Below, piece by piece: positions 20,077-32,420 of a stretch of DNA of 64,000 nt. Below the pieces are notes generated by a model. That model did no database searches and was not told where the DNA came from. It was given only the letters and a program-made list of their open reading frames with translations. The stretch comes from a bacterium (GTDB lineage Bacteria; Patescibacteriota; Minisyncoccia; Phycocordibacterales; UBA2100): contig JAJXVV010000002.1 in assembly GCA_021781955.1 (NCBI GenBank), positions 10,730-74,729 on the forward strand, in the 5' to 3' direction. The translations under genes and the position numbers were made by a program. Numbering within the stretch: position 1 is the first letter of the stretch; each line of letters begins with the position of its first letter.

Positions 20077-20796
20077 ATGGCAGATGCAACAACACCGGGA
20101 AGCTTCATACCGCATGAAACCGCGGTCCCGCGCGCGCGCGCGCGGGGCACTTCCGGCTTGAACGACCTGCTGCTCCTCTTCGGAATCGTGGCGCTCGTCG
20201 CTTCTGCCGCGCTTGCGGGTGGCGTGTATCTCTACGAGCAGTATTTGAACCAGCAGAGCGCGCAGGAGGCAAGCCAGCTCCAGCGCGCCGAGGCGGCGTT
20301 CGAGCCGTCGCTCATCGAGCAGATCACCCGGCTCGATGATCGCATGCAAGCCGCCGAGGCGATACTGAGCAATCACACCGCACCGGTCGCGATCTTTCAG
20401 GCTCTCGATCAATCGACGCTCCAGACCATCTCGTTCAGTTCATTCGACCTCGAAGTGACCGATCCGCAACATATCAGCATCAAGATGCAGGGTGTCGGGC
20501 AGAGCGTGAACTCGATCGCGCTTCAGGCGCAGATATTCTCGAAGAGTGGCGTCATCTCCGACCCGATTTTCTCGAACATCAGCCAGCAAGCCGACGGCGT
20601 ACACTTCGATTTCACCGGTGACATCAACCCGGCCGCGATCACCTATAGTTCGTTCCTGAGCGCTTCTTCCGCTTCGTCTGCGGGAGCCTCGCAAGCGCCG
20701 GCGGCGTCACCCGCTGCGCAGCCCGCGGCCGCTCCGACGCCATTCACCACGCAGCCTGCGCAGGGAGCCTCATCCGCCCCCGCCTCGCAACCATAG
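20077..20796 (+). CDS. pilN: PilN-like bitopic pilus assembly protein
   Basis: single N-terminal TM then coiled-coil; position after pilM. Confidence 0.5.
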   Translation: MADATTPGSFIPHETAVPRARARGTSGLNDLLLLFGIVALVASAALAGGVYLYEQYLNQQSAQEASQLQRAEAAFEPSLIEQITRLDDRMQAAEAILSNHTAPVAIFQALDQSTLQTISFSSFDLEVTDPQHISIKMQGVGQSVNSIALQAQIFSKSGVISDPIFSNISQQADGVHFDFTGDINPAAITYSSFLSASSASSAGASQAPAASPAAQPAAAPTPFTTQPAQGASSAPASQP

Positions 20797-20801
20797 TCAC
20801 T

Positions 20802-21413
20802 ATGAAACTCATTCTTGCCATCATCGCCATCGTCGCCGCAGGAGCCATTTTCTTCACGGTGACCGAACCCGCGTATAACACCGTGCAAGCTGAATCCGCC
20901 CAGATCGGGCAGTACAGTGCGGCCCTCGACAAGGCGACCCAACTGCAAACGCTCAAACAGTCGCTTCTCTCCAAGTATAATGCGTTTGACCCGAACGCGC
21001 TCGATCGCCTCCAGAAATTCCTGCCTGACCACGTGGACAATATCGCGCTCATCCTCGATATCAATTCGATTGCGAGCCAGTACGGCATGTCGCTGCAGAA
21101 CGTCGATGTCTCGACGCCTGCGAGTACCGGCTCGTCCTCGGCGCAATCGACAGGCGCGACCGCCCCGATAGGCGGTTCCAACCAGCAATACGATTCGCTC
21201 ACGCTTCACTTCACGACACAGGGCACGTACGCCAATTTCCTCCAGTTCCTCGGCGCCTTGCAATCGAGTCTCCGTATTGTCGACATAAGCTCACTTTCGA
21301 TAGGTGCCCCGTCGAGCGGGGGTCAAGGTCTTGGATCGAACTCGAGCAGCGCTGCCTCTGGAGCGACACAATACTCGTACTCGATCACGCTGCGCACCTA
21401 TTGGCTCAAATAA
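20802..21413 (+). CDS. pilO: PilO-like bitopic pilus assembly protein
   Basis: N-terminal TM, coiled coil, position. Confidence 0.5.
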   Translation: MKLILAIIAIVAAGAIFFTVTEPAYNTVQAESAQIGQYSAALDKATQLQTLKQSLLSKYNAFDPNALDRLQKFLPDHVDNIALILDINSIASQYGMSLQNVDVSTPASTGSSSAQSTGATAPIGGSNQQYDSLTLHFTTQGTYANFLQFLGALQSSLRIVDISSLSIGAPSSGGQGLGSNSSSAASGATQYSYSITLRTYWLK

Positions 21414-21416
21414 CGT

Positions 21417-21791
21417 ATGTCGTTCATTTCTCAACATAAGATGATCATTATTCTCGGGGTACTCGTCGTTGCCCTGATCGGCTGGTGGACGCTCTCTGGC
21501 GGCTCGACGGGCTCTACCGCGCCGACGCTCTCCACGAGTAATGCCGCCGGCGTTTCGTCGCCCGCGGACCAAACACTCGTCACGACGCTTCTCGCGCTTC
21601 GCGCGGTGCAGCTCGACGGCACGATCTTCTCCGATCCCGCTTTCATGAGTTTGAAGGATTTCTCGACACCTATTGTTCCAGAGCCGATTGGCCGTTCCAA
21701 TCCGTTCGCCCCGCTCTCGAGCGGTAGCGGCAACACGACCGCTGCGAGCAGTACCCGTGCCGCTGTCCAACTCTTTACGCCGCACCGCTAA
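21417..21791 (+). CDS. small membrane-anchored protein in pilMNO operon (PilP-like?)
   Basis: 124 aa, one TM, Ser/Thr-rich. Confidence 0.3.
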   Translation: MSFISQHKMIIILGVLVVALIGWWTLSGGSTGSTAPTLSTSNAAGVSSPADQTLVTTLLALRAVQLDGTIFSDPAFMSLKDFSTPIVPEPIGRSNPFAPLSSGSGNTTAASSTRAAVQLFTPHR

Positions 21792-21796
21792 AGCCT

Positions 21797-23551
21797 ATGA
21801 TGGCCGACACCGCCACTGCGCAGAAGGGTGCCGCCGCATCGGCTTTAGCTAATGCTGCCGCCGGTAGCCCCGCGCGTCAGCTTGGTGATGGGAAGATACC
21901 GTACGACACCCTCAAGTACGTGCCTGAGGAGAGCGCAGCGCACTATCGGTTCGTCCCGCTTTCGGTGAACGAGGACGTGCTTGAGGTCGGCATGGTCGAT
22001 CCGGACGATCTTGAAGCGATCGATGCGCTCAACTTCATTACGCGTACGTCCGGGCTTCCGTACAAGGTGTTCCGTATCACGCCCGAGGATTTCGACAAGG
22101 TCATTCAAATGTACCGCGGGCTCGGGGGCGATATGGAGGTCGCGGTCAACGAACTCGAGTCCGAACAGAAAAGCAGCGTTCCGCAAAAGAACGCATCAGC
22201 GATCGACGAAGAGAACGCGCCGCTCGATCTCGAGGACCCATCTTTGGGGCATAAGGTGGGAGAGGATAAGCTCCGCATTCAGGAGGACGCACCGACCATC
22301 AAAATGGTTTCGACCATCCTGCGCTACGCAGTCGAGGGCCGGGCATCCGACGTACACATCGAGCCGCAGGCCTCCGGCGTGCGAGTGCGTTATCGCGTCG
22401 ACGGCGAACTCCACACGAGCGTTATCCTGCCTCTCCACACGCATCGCGCGCTCGTTGCGCGCGTAAAAGTACTCGCCTCGATCCGTCTCGACGAGATGCG
22501 CAAACCGCAGGACGGCCGCTTTTCCGCGACCATCGAGAATCGGCAGATCGACTTCCGTGTCTCGACGTTCCCGTCGAACAACGGCGAGAAGGTCGTGATC
22601 CGTATCCTCGATCGCGATCAAGGGTTCATCGCGCTCAAGGATATCGGCCTCTCCGAACGCAACTTGGACCTCTTGCGCCGCGCGGTCGCGCAGCCCCACG
22701 GGCTCGTGCTCGTCTCGGGTCCTACCGGGAGCGGTAAATCGACAACGCTCTATTCGATGCTTACGGAGATCGATCGCGAGCACAAGAACGTGCTTTCGCT
22801 CGAGGATCCGATCGAATACTACGTGGACGGCGTGACGCAGTCGCAGGTACGGCCGGAGATCGGCTACACGTTCGCAAACGGATTGCGCACGACCTTGCGC
22901 CAAGATCCCGACGTCATCATGGTCGGCGAGATACGCGACGGCGAGACGGCGCAGCTCGCGATCCAGGCCGCGCTCACCGGTCACCTCGTGCTTTCGACCA
23001 TTCACACCAACGATGCCGTTGGCACGATACCGCGACTCATCGATATGGGCGTCGAGCCCTACCTCATCCCACCGGTCCTCATTCTCTCAATCGCGCAGCG
23101 CCTCACGCGCACGTTCAGCGAAGGCGGCGCCAAAGAAATGCGCATGAGCGAATCATCGCGCAAACGCGTCGAGGCCGATCTCACGACTCTGCCGGAGCGA
23201 TATCGCTTCGAGGTGCCGGACGTCGTGTACGAACCGCAGCGTACGCCGCAGAACGCGACCGGCCTCAAGGGCCGTATGGCGGTGTTCGAAGTGCTTGAGA
23301 TGTCGTCCGAGATCGAGCGCATCGTTCTCGACAATCCTGTGGATTCCAAAATCTGGGCGGTAGCGCGAAAACAGGGTATGCTGACCATGCGCGAGGACGC
23401 TCTGCGGAAAGCGTTCGACAAGAAGATACCGTTCTCCGAGGTCGAGATGCTCTCCACGCTCTTGCTTTCAGGCGACGATACGGCTCTCGCCGAGACGAGC
23501 GAGCACGAACGGGCCAGCACGCAAGAACAACCTAACGAACAAAATCTATGA
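21797..23551 (+). CDS. pilB: type IV pilus assembly ATPase PilB (GspE family)
   Basis: Walker A LVSGPTGSGKSTTLYSML, GspII_E N-domain, Asp/His boxes. Confidence 0.85.
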   Translation: MMADTATAQKGAAASALANAAAGSPARQLGDGKIPYDTLKYVPEESAAHYRFVPLSVNEDVLEVGMVDPDDLEAIDALNFITRTSGLPYKVFRITPEDFDKVIQMYRGLGGDMEVAVNELESEQKSSVPQKNASAIDEENAPLDLEDPSLGHKVGEDKLRIQEDAPTIKMVSTILRYAVEGRASDVHIEPQASGVRVRYRVDGELHTSVILPLHTHRALVARVKVLASIRLDEMRKPQDGRFSATIENRQIDFRVSTFPSNNGEKVVIRILDRDQGFIALKDIGLSERNLDLLRRAVAQPHGLVLVSGPTGSGKSTTLYSMLTEIDREHKNVLSLEDPIEYYVDGVTQSQVRPEIGYTFANGLRTTLRQDPDVIMVGEIRDGETAQLAIQAALTGHLVLSTIHTNDAVGTIPRLIDMGVEPYLIPPVLILSIAQRLTRTFSEGGAKEMRMSESSRKRVEADLTTLPERYRFEVPDVVYEPQRTPQNATGLKGRMAVFEVLEMSSEIERIVLDNPVDSKIWAVARKQGMLTMREDALRKAFDKKIPFSEVEMLSTLLLSGDDTALAETSEHERASTQEQPNEQNL

Positions 23552-23940
23552 CCGACGCATCAAAAGGCAACATCCTGCTCATCGACGATGACAAGTTCCT
23601 CGTCGAAATGTACGGCGCCAAATTCAATTCGGCCGGCTATACCACGCAGATCTGCCTTACCGCGAAAGAGGCGCTCGACGCGCTCGGAGGAGGTTTCGCG
23701 CCGATCGCGCTCCTCTTCGATATCACGATGCCGGAGATGGACGGGCTCGAGTTCATGCAGCAGGTCGTCGAGAAGCATCTCGCCGACGACGCGCTCAAGG
23801 TCGCCCTCACCAATCAAAATTCCGACCAAGAACGCGCGCGCGCGACAGAGCTCGGCGTCGGGCTCTACATCGTAAAGGCGAGCGTCATTCCCTCTGAGGT
23901 GGTCGCGCAGGTCACCGCCATGCTCCACAAAGAGCATTGA
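23548..23940 (+). CDS. stand-alone response-regulator receiver (CheY-like)
   Basis: LLIDDD...DITMPEMDGLEF acidic pocket/phospho-Asp and K; overlaps pilB stop. Confidence 0.75.
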   Translation: MTDASKGNILLIDDDKFLVEMYGAKFNSAGYTTQICLTAKEALDALGGGFAPIALLFDITMPEMDGLEFMQQVVEKHLADDALKVALTNQNSDQERARATELGVGLYIVKASVIPSEVVAQVTAMLHKEH

Positions 23941-24062
23941 ACGAGCGTTCGCGTTCTTGCCGCACAAGCTCGCAGAGGGGAGGAGAGAGACCGCGAGGGG
24001 GCGCGCAGGACGCAACAGCCTAGATGTGGATAGAGCGCGTGCGCGTGGAAAAGGGCGCTACA

Positions 24063-25136
24063 ATGCATGCAATGGCGGAATACGGAACACTCCTGAAGAA
24101 GTACATCAACGTCGTCGCGCACGAGGGCGCGTCCGACCTGCACCTCACGACCGGCGCGCACCCCACCATCCGCGTGTCCGGCTCGCTCGTGCCGATGCTC
24201 AAAGAGCCGATCCTCACGCTGGAGGATACGCGCGGTTTCCTCAAAGAGCTTCTCACCTCCGACCAGGAGAAGCGGTTCGACGAGGCAAAGGAGTTCGACT
24301 TCGCGTTCGAGAACCCCGACGGCTCCCGTTTCCGCGGCAACGCGTTCTTCCAGCGCGGCGCGGTCTCGATCGCGCTGCGTCTTATTCCGAAACAGATCCG
24401 CACCATCGCTGAACTCAATTTACCCGATGTGCTCGGCGCGTTCGCGCGACGCGAGCAGGGCTTCTTCCTCGTCGTCGGCCCGGTAGGACAGGGGAAAACG
24501 ACGACGCTCGCGTCCTTGATCGAGATCATCAACACGGAGCGCATGGAGCACATCGTTACCATCGAGGATCCGATCGAGTACATTTTCGAGCCGAAGCAGT
24601 CGATCGTCGATCAGCGCGAGGTCGGCATCGACACGAAGGATTTCGCGACGGCACTCTACTCCGCGTTCCGCGAGGATATCGACGTGCTTCTGGTGGGCGA
24701 AATGCGCGGACCGGATACCATGGCGGCGGCGGTCACGGCCGCTGAGACCGGACACCTCGTTTTCTCGACCCTCCACACCAATAACGCCTCGCAGACGATA
24801 GATCGCATCATCGACACCTTTCCCGCAAGCCAGCAGGACCAGATCCGCCTGCAGCTCGCCTCGTCGCTCGCGGGCATCTTCTCGCAACGCCTCTTGCCGC
24901 GCATCTCCGGGGGCATGATTCCCGCCTACGAGCTCATGATCAACACCAAGGCGACCGCCAACCTCATCCGCGAGAAACGTTCGCACGAGATACCGACGGT
25001 CATCGAGACCGGCTCGACCGAGGGGATGATCGACCTCAACCGTTCTCTCGCCGAGCTCGTCGCGCGCGGCGAGATAACGCCCGAGACGGCCTACGAATTC
25101 TCGCTGAACCCCAACATTTTGGAAAAGCTACTCTAG
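24063..25136 (+). CDS. pilT: twitching-motility retraction ATPase PilT
   Basis: Walker A VVGPVGQGKTTTLASLIE; PilT-length (357 aa), AIRNLIRE-like C-term. Confidence 0.85.
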   Translation: MHAMAEYGTLLKKYINVVAHEGASDLHLTTGAHPTIRVSGSLVPMLKEPILTLEDTRGFLKELLTSDQEKRFDEAKEFDFAFENPDGSRFRGNAFFQRGAVSIALRLIPKQIRTIAELNLPDVLGAFARREQGFFLVVGPVGQGKTTTLASLIEIINTERMEHIVTIEDPIEYIFEPKQSIVDQREVGIDTKDFATALYSAFREDIDVLLVGEMRGPDTMAAAVTAAETGHLVFSTLHTNNASQTIDRIIDTFPASQQDQIRLQLASSLAGIFSQRLLPRISGGMIPAYELMINTKATANLIREKRSHEIPTVIETGSTEGMIDLNRSLAELVARGEITPETAYEFSLNPNILEKLL

Positions 25137-25151
25137 CGATTATTACGGACC

Positions 25152-26360
25152 ATGGCACTTTTTAAGTATAAAGCCGTCGATACGGAAGGAAACGAGCGTG
25201 AAGGCACGGTCGACGCGGTCAACATGGACGTGGCGATCGCAGCGCTCCAGCGGCGCGGGCTCGTGCTCGCCGGCATCGATCCGGCCGAAACGAAGTCGGT
25301 GTTCGGCAAGGACATCGAGTTCTTTAGTCGCATCAGTAACGCCGACATCGTCATGGTGTCGCGCCAGATCACGACCCTCTTCGAAGCGCAGGTCTCCGCG
25401 TTGCGCGCGTTCCGCCTGCTCTCGGAAGAGGCGCGTACCAAGATGCTCGGCGACGTCTTGGGCGAGATCGCGAACGATATCCAGAGCGGCAGCTCGATCT
25501 CGGCCGCGCTCGCCAAGCATCCAAACGTTTTCTCCGCCTTCTACGTCAACATGGTGCGCGCGGGCGAAGAGTCGGGCAAGCTCGACGAAACGTTCTCCTT
25601 CCTCGCGGATTACCTCGATCGCAACTACGAGATCACGCAGAAAGCACGCAATGCGCTCGTCTATCCGGCGTTCATCATCGCGACGTTCATTACGGTCATG
25701 ATCCTCATGATGACGATCGTTGTGCCGAAACTCGCGGGCATGCTCTCCGACGCGGGCCAGCAGGTGCCGCTCTACACGCGCATCATTATCGGCATCTCGA
25801 TGTTCTTCTCGCAATACATCATCCTCATCCTCATCCTGCTTGTGGTCGGCGGATTCTTTTTGTACCGCTTCGCCCGAACGCAGCACGGCAGCGAAATGAT
25901 CGCCCGCGCCCGGCTCGAAATACCCGGGGTCGGGAGCATCTTCGAAAAGATATTCCTCTCGCGTCTCGCCGACAACCTTTCGACCATGCTGCGCAGCGGC
26001 ATCCAGATCTTGCGCGGGATCGAGATCACGAGCAGCGTCGTGGGCGACCCAGTCTACGAAAAGGTCCTCATGGAGGCCGCGGCCGACGTCAAAGCAGGCA
26101 TGCCGCTCTCGGAAGCGTTCCGCAAGCACCCCGAGATCCCGGGTATCATCGTCGCGATGATCAAGATCGGGGAAGAGACCGGCAACATGAGCGCGATTCT
26201 GGAGACGATGGCGCGCTTCTATCGCCGCGAGGTCAACAACTCGGTCGACACGCTCGTAAGCCTGATCGAGCCTTTGATGATCGTCGTGCTTGCGGTGGGC
26301 GTCGGCATCCTGCTCGCTTCCGTTCTCTTGCCGATCTACAACATCGCATCGAGTTTCTAG
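25152..26360 (+). CDS. pilC: type IV pilus platform protein PilC (GspF family)
   Basis: 402 aa, two T2SSF repeats, polytopic. Confidence 0.8.
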   Translation: MALFKYKAVDTEGNEREGTVDAVNMDVAIAALQRRGLVLAGIDPAETKSVFGKDIEFFSRISNADIVMVSRQITTLFEAQVSALRAFRLLSEEARTKMLGDVLGEIANDIQSGSSISAALAKHPNVFSAFYVNMVRAGEESGKLDETFSFLADYLDRNYEITQKARNALVYPAFIIATFITVMILMMTIVVPKLAGMLSDAGQQVPLYTRIIIGISMFFSQYIILILILLVVGGFFLYRFARTQHGSEMIARARLEIPGVGSIFEKIFLSRLADNLSTMLRSGIQILRGIEITSSVVGDPVYEKVLMEAAADVKAGMPLSEAFRKHPEIPGIIVAMIKIGEETGNMSAILETMARFYRREVNNSVDTLVSLIEPLMIVVLAVGVGILLASVLLPIYNIASSF

Positions 26361-26409
26361 GCCGTTGTTATCCCCACGACGTAAAAATGGCGGAGAGGCA
26401 GGCGGTACA

Positions 26410-27006
26410 ATGAGGATACGCCCTCTAGTAGCCGGGCTCGTTATCCACATGAAGCATATGCAGACTGACCGAACCTCTGATCGCACGACAGGTTTCACCC
26501 TCATCGAATTACTGGTCGTCATCGCCATTATCGGCATTTTGGCTTCCATCGTGCTCGCTTCGCTCAATAGCGCTCGCGCCAAAGGCCGCGATGCGCGCCG
26601 CGTGGCCGACATCAAGCAGATCCAGCTCGCGCTCGAGCTTTACTATGACGCCAACGGCTATTATCCGGCGTCTATTTCTGGAACGACCTTGACCGCGCCA
26701 GGCTATATCTCGGTGTTGCCGATCGACCCTTCATCGAGTAGCGGCACGACGTACAACTACAGCTATGCGCCGCTTACTGCGGCCGCGAGCGGTACGCTAT
26801 GCTCCTCGTACCACCTCGGTGCCGATCTCGAGAATAATGATCCCACCACGATGTCGAGCGCCGCAGGAGCGACCGCAGCGACCGTATCCGCAGCTGACAA
26901 CAAAGGACTCTACCTCTGCGTGAGCGGGACCGATTTCTCCGGCGGTGCCGCGAACCAGTGCCAGGGCAGCGACCCGGGCAAGTATTGCTACGACGTAATG
27001 CCGTAG
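26410..27006 (+). CDS. pilA: type IV (major) pilin, prepilin with long leader
   Basis: ...TTG|FTLIELLVVIAIIGILASIVL class III signal; GGAGAGG SD before ATG 26410; alternative ATGs at 26449/26458. Confidence 0.7.
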   Translation: MRIRPLVAGLVIHMKHMQTDRTSDRTTGFTLIELLVVIAIIGILASIVLASLNSARAKGRDARRVADIKQIQLALELYYDANGYYPASISGTTLTAPGYISVLPIDPSSSSGTTYNYSYAPLTAAASGTLCSSYHLGADLENNDPTTMSSAAGATAATVSAADNKGLYLCVSGTDFSGGAANQCQGSDPGKYCYDVMP

Positions 27007-27072
27007 CGCATCGCGCGCAACGCACAGAAGACGCAGCCCCGCCTAAGGCGGGGCTGCGGTATACTCACTCCA

Positions 27073-27930
27073 ATGCTCACGTTCGCATTCGGTATCCTCG
27101 GTCTCATCGTCGGCAGCTTTCTCAATGTCGTCATATTGCGGCACGGTAAGAAGGGGATCGGCGGCAGGAGCGCGTGCCCTTCATGCGGGGCGCTCATTCG
27201 CTGGCACGACAACATTCCGCTGCTTTCGTGGCTCCTCTTGCGGGGGAAGTGTCGCGCGTGTCATGCCCGTATCTCGCTCCAGTACCCGCTCGTCGAGGCT
27301 GCGACCGGCATAGCTTTCGCCATCGTTGGGCCATGGGCCGCGCGTCTTGCCGTCCCGCAGGCTACGCAGATTCCGCTCGTCGCTGCTTACCTCGCGATCG
27401 CGTCGCTCTTCATCGCCATCTTCGTGTACGACCTCTACCACAAGATCATCCCTGATCCGTGGGTTTTCCCGCTCGTGCTTCTCGCGTTCGCATCGCAACT
27501 CGGCTCGCCGTTCTTTGTCGGCTCGAACAGTTGGTGGTCCCTGTTCGCTGGTCCGCTCACTGCGGCGCCGCTCTTCGCGCTTTGGCTCTACTCGCGCGGC
27601 GCGTGGATGGGTTTTGGCGACGTGAAGCTTTCGCTCGCAATCGGATGGCTCCTGGGGCCGCTCTATGGTTTTGTCGCGATACTCTTCGGTTTCGTACTCG
27701 GCGCGGCCATCTCGGTCTGTATCCTGCTGCCGCTGCCTCACTTGATCGAGTTCGCACGGAAGTTCGGGATAACTCGACTGGCGCCAACCTCGCCAGGGTT
27801 TACAATGAAGAGCGAGATTCCGTTCGGCCCGTTTCTCATCGCGAGCACGTTCATCGTATGGCTTATGCTCATCAACTCGATCGACCCGCTCGCGCTCATC
27901 GGCGCCTCGCCGCACTGGCCCGTCCCATGA
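27073..27930 (+). CDS. pilD: prepilin peptidase PilD (A24 family)
   Basis: CPSCGALIRWHDNIPLLSWLLLRGKCRAC Zn-binding tetracysteine; catalytic-Asp membrane core. Confidence 0.8.
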   Translation: MLTFAFGILGLIVGSFLNVVILRHGKKGIGGRSACPSCGALIRWHDNIPLLSWLLLRGKCRACHARISLQYPLVEAATGIAFAIVGPWAARLAVPQATQIPLVAAYLAIASLFIAIFVYDLYHKIIPDPWVFPLVLLAFASQLGSPFFVGSNSWWSLFAGPLTAAPLFALWLYSRGAWMGFGDVKLSLAIGWLLGPLYGFVAILFGFVLGAAISVCILLPLPHLIEFARKFGITRLAPTSPGFTMKSEIPFGPFLIASTFIVWLMLINSIDPLALIGASPHWPVP

Positions 27931-28523
27931 TCGGTCGCGAAGGATTCACGTTGATCGAGCTCTTGGTCGTCGCGACCATCATGATCGTCATATCGGCAAT
28001 AGTGTTAGCCAACAATAACCGCTTTGGCGGGGTCGTCCAGCTTGAAGAGCTTTCATATAACATAGCGCTCTCGGTGCGCGAGGCGCAGCAGTACGGCATC
28101 TCGACCCGCCGGTTCCAGAACACGTTCGGCGTCGGATACGGGGTGTATTTCCCGTACCAGAGCGGCGGCGCGAACGACACGTATGCGACATTCGCTGACG
28201 CCATCACGCGCAATGGTATCTACGACTGTCCGCAGCCAGGTACCAGTGATTGCGAGCTCGTACAAAGTTACACGATGTCGGGCGGCTACAAGATCAACGA
28301 TCTCTGTGTCACCCCTTTCAGTAGCAGTACGGAGACCTGCGGCCATACGCGCATCGACGTCCTCTTCCAGCGTCCGGAGCCGGACGCTGCAATCAGTTAT
28401 GACGGCACTGTTTGCAGCGGCGGCTGCGCGCAGAGCGCGCGCATCCAGCTCATCTCGCCGCGCGGGGACACCATGAACGTGTACATATATGACAACGGGC
28501 AAATATCGGTCAGTAGTCACTAA
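27927..28523 (+). CDS. pseudopilin/minor pilin 1
   Basis: GFTLIELLVVATIMIVISAI; start overlaps pilD stop (ATGA). Confidence 0.6.
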   Translation: MIGREGFTLIELLVVATIMIVISAIVLANNNRFGGVVQLEELSYNIALSVREAQQYGISTRRFQNTFGVGYGVYFPYQSGGANDTYATFADAITRNGIYDCPQPGTSDCELVQSYTMSGGYKINDLCVTPFSSSTETCGHTRIDVLFQRPEPDAAISYDGTVCSGGCAQSARIQLISPRGDTMNVYIYDNGQISVSSH

Positions 28524-28526
28524 TGT

Positions 28527-29111
28527 ATGACGTTCATGCGCCTGACACCGCTGACATCGGAACGCACTCGCGGATTCACGCTCATCGAGATGATGGTCTC
28601 GGTCGCACTCTTCGCCGTCGTAATGACCGTGTGCATCGACGTGCTGCTCTCGCTCGTCAATGCCAACAGAAAGGCGCAAGCACTGCAGTCGGTTATGAAC
28701 AATCTCAATATCGCGCTCGACGGCATGGTTCGCGCCGTCCGCGAGGGGAGCGTGTACCATTGCGGACCCGGAGGCGGCCAGAACATGAGCACACAAGATT
28801 GCAGCAGTGCCCCGAGCACGATCTTCGCGTTTGAACCGCATGGTCAGGATGCGACCGGGAATCCATGGGTCTACTCGCTTCAGAATGGGCAGATCTACCG
28901 CTCCGAGAATGGCCAGATCGCGATTCCCATCACCGCGCCGGAAGTGTCGATCAGCAGCCTCTCGTTCTACGTCGTCGGCTCGACGCCGGGGGACTCGTTG
29001 CAGCCGGAAGTGCTCATCGTCGTCGAAGGTGCGGCGGGAGCACCTGGCACTTCGGCTCAGACCACCTTCCACATCGAAGCGACCGCAGTACAGCGGCAAC
29101 TCGACCTATGA
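28527..29111 (+). CDS. pseudopilin/minor pilin 2
   Basis: GFTLIEMMVSVALFAVVM. Confidence 0.6.
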   Translation: MTFMRLTPLTSERTRGFTLIEMMVSVALFAVVMTVCIDVLLSLVNANRKAQALQSVMNNLNIALDGMVRAVREGSVYHCGPGGGQNMSTQDCSSAPSTIFAFEPHGQDATGNPWVYSLQNGQIYRSENGQIAIPITAPEVSISSLSFYVVGSTPGDSLQPEVLIVVEGAAGAPGTSAQTTFHIEATAVQRQLDL

Positions 29112-29731
29112 TCCAAGAGATGTTCCATCGCCGAGCGCATCGCGGTTCCTGCTCGAACGAGCGCGGCGGTTTTACGCTCATCGAGACGCTGGTCGCCATC
29201 TCGCTCCTCACCATGGCCATCGTCGCTCCGGTCACGCTTACCAACCAGAGTTTGCAGTCGGCCTACTACGCGCGCGATCAGATCACGGCGTTTTACCTCG
29301 CGCAGGAAGCGGTCGAGGCGATACGCGCTTTGCGCGACAATCAAATCCTTCTGATCGCGACGAGCGGGAACGCCTCTGGTATTAATCTCTTCGGCAACAT
29401 TCCCTCGAACGATCAGCCTTTCACGGTCGACGCGCATCGACTCAGCAATCCGTCACAAGAGATCACCGATTGTTCTTCTCCTACCGACCCGAGCTCCTGC
29501 CCGCCGCTCCAGACCAATGGCGTTCTGTACGGGTACGCGCAAGGCGAGTCCGGCTGGACCAACACGAATTTCACTCGCTGGGTGGTCGCCTCGTACGTAC
29601 CCGGGAGTAGCAACAATGAGATCCGCGTGACCGCGACCGTTACGTGGAAGAGCGCCGCTTTTGCGACGCGATCATTCTCGCTCTCGGAGAACCTGTACCG
29701 CTGGGTACAGGACGGTTCCGCTGCGCCATAA
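29108..29731 (+). CDS. pseudopilin/minor pilin 3
   Basis: GGFTLIETLVAISLLTMAI; ATGA overlap with previous. Confidence 0.55.
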   Translation: MIQEMFHRRAHRGSCSNERGGFTLIETLVAISLLTMAIVAPVTLTNQSLQSAYYARDQITAFYLAQEAVEAIRALRDNQILLIATSGNASGINLFGNIPSNDQPFTVDAHRLSNPSQEITDCSSPTDPSSCPPLQTNGVLYGYAQGESGWTNTNFTRWVVASYVPGSSNNEIRVTATVTWKSAAFATRSFSLSENLYRWVQDGSAAP

Positions 29732-30342
29732 TGAACGATATGCGCTCAAACAATCACACATTGGCGATCGATGAGGATAATCGCGCAGGCGGGCAACAGG
29801 GGTTCACGCTGCTCCTCGCGGCGCTCATCGCTTCCATCGTCCTCTCGATCGGGGTCGCGGTCTACACCATCGCTCAGCACGAGGTCACGCTCTCGTCACT
29901 CGGCCGAGATTCGCAGTTCGCGTTCTATGCGGCCGATACCGCTGCGGAATGTGCTCTCTTCTGGGATTATCGCTATAATTATTTCGCGCAAATAACTCCG
30001 GCCGGGGTCAATCCCACCTGCGATCAGCAGCCGGTGTCGTTCGCTGTTACTGATGTGAACGGTAATACGCTGAACCAGCCCTATTCGTATCCGTACGAGT
30101 ACTCGTCCACGAACAATATCAACCTGTTCCAGGACACAGCGACAACGACCGGCGGCTACTGCGTGCAGGTCTCGGTGGAGAAGTGTAATTATCCGTTCAA
30201 GACGGACGGATCGAACGGGTGTGATACGTCACAACCTCCTTCCATTCACGCGCGTATCATTGCCGACGGCTACAACGTGAGCTGCGCGAACATCGGCAGC
30301 GCGCCGAACGCGGTGCAGCGCACGGTGGAGCTCGACTACTAG
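29731..30342 (+). CDS. pseudopilin-like protein 4
   Basis: QGFTLLLAALIASIVLSIGV; start overlaps previous stop. Confidence 0.5.
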   Translation: MNDMRSNNHTLAIDEDNRAGGQQGFTLLLAALIASIVLSIGVAVYTIAQHEVTLSSLGRDSQFAFYAADTAAECALFWDYRYNYFAQITPAGVNPTCDQQPVSFAVTDVNGNTLNQPYSYPYEYSSTNNINLFQDTATTTGGYCVQVSVEKCNYPFKTDGSNGCDTSQPPSIHARIIADGYNVSCANIGSAPNAVQRTVELDY

Positions 30343-32370
<2,028 letters not shown>

Positions 32371-32420
32371 GCGACCAGAGTCTGATGAATATTCGCCAGC
32401 TTCGTGTATAGTATGCCGAT

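Noticed and set aside
25143-26615. 490-aa minus-strand ORF
   Set aside because: Antisense to pilC/pilin genes, Arg/Asp/His-rich low-complexity translation typical of stop-poor high-GC antisense frames.
28053-29099. 348-aa minus-strand ORF
   Set aside because: Antisense to three coupled pseudopilin genes with clear prepilin motifs on the + strand.
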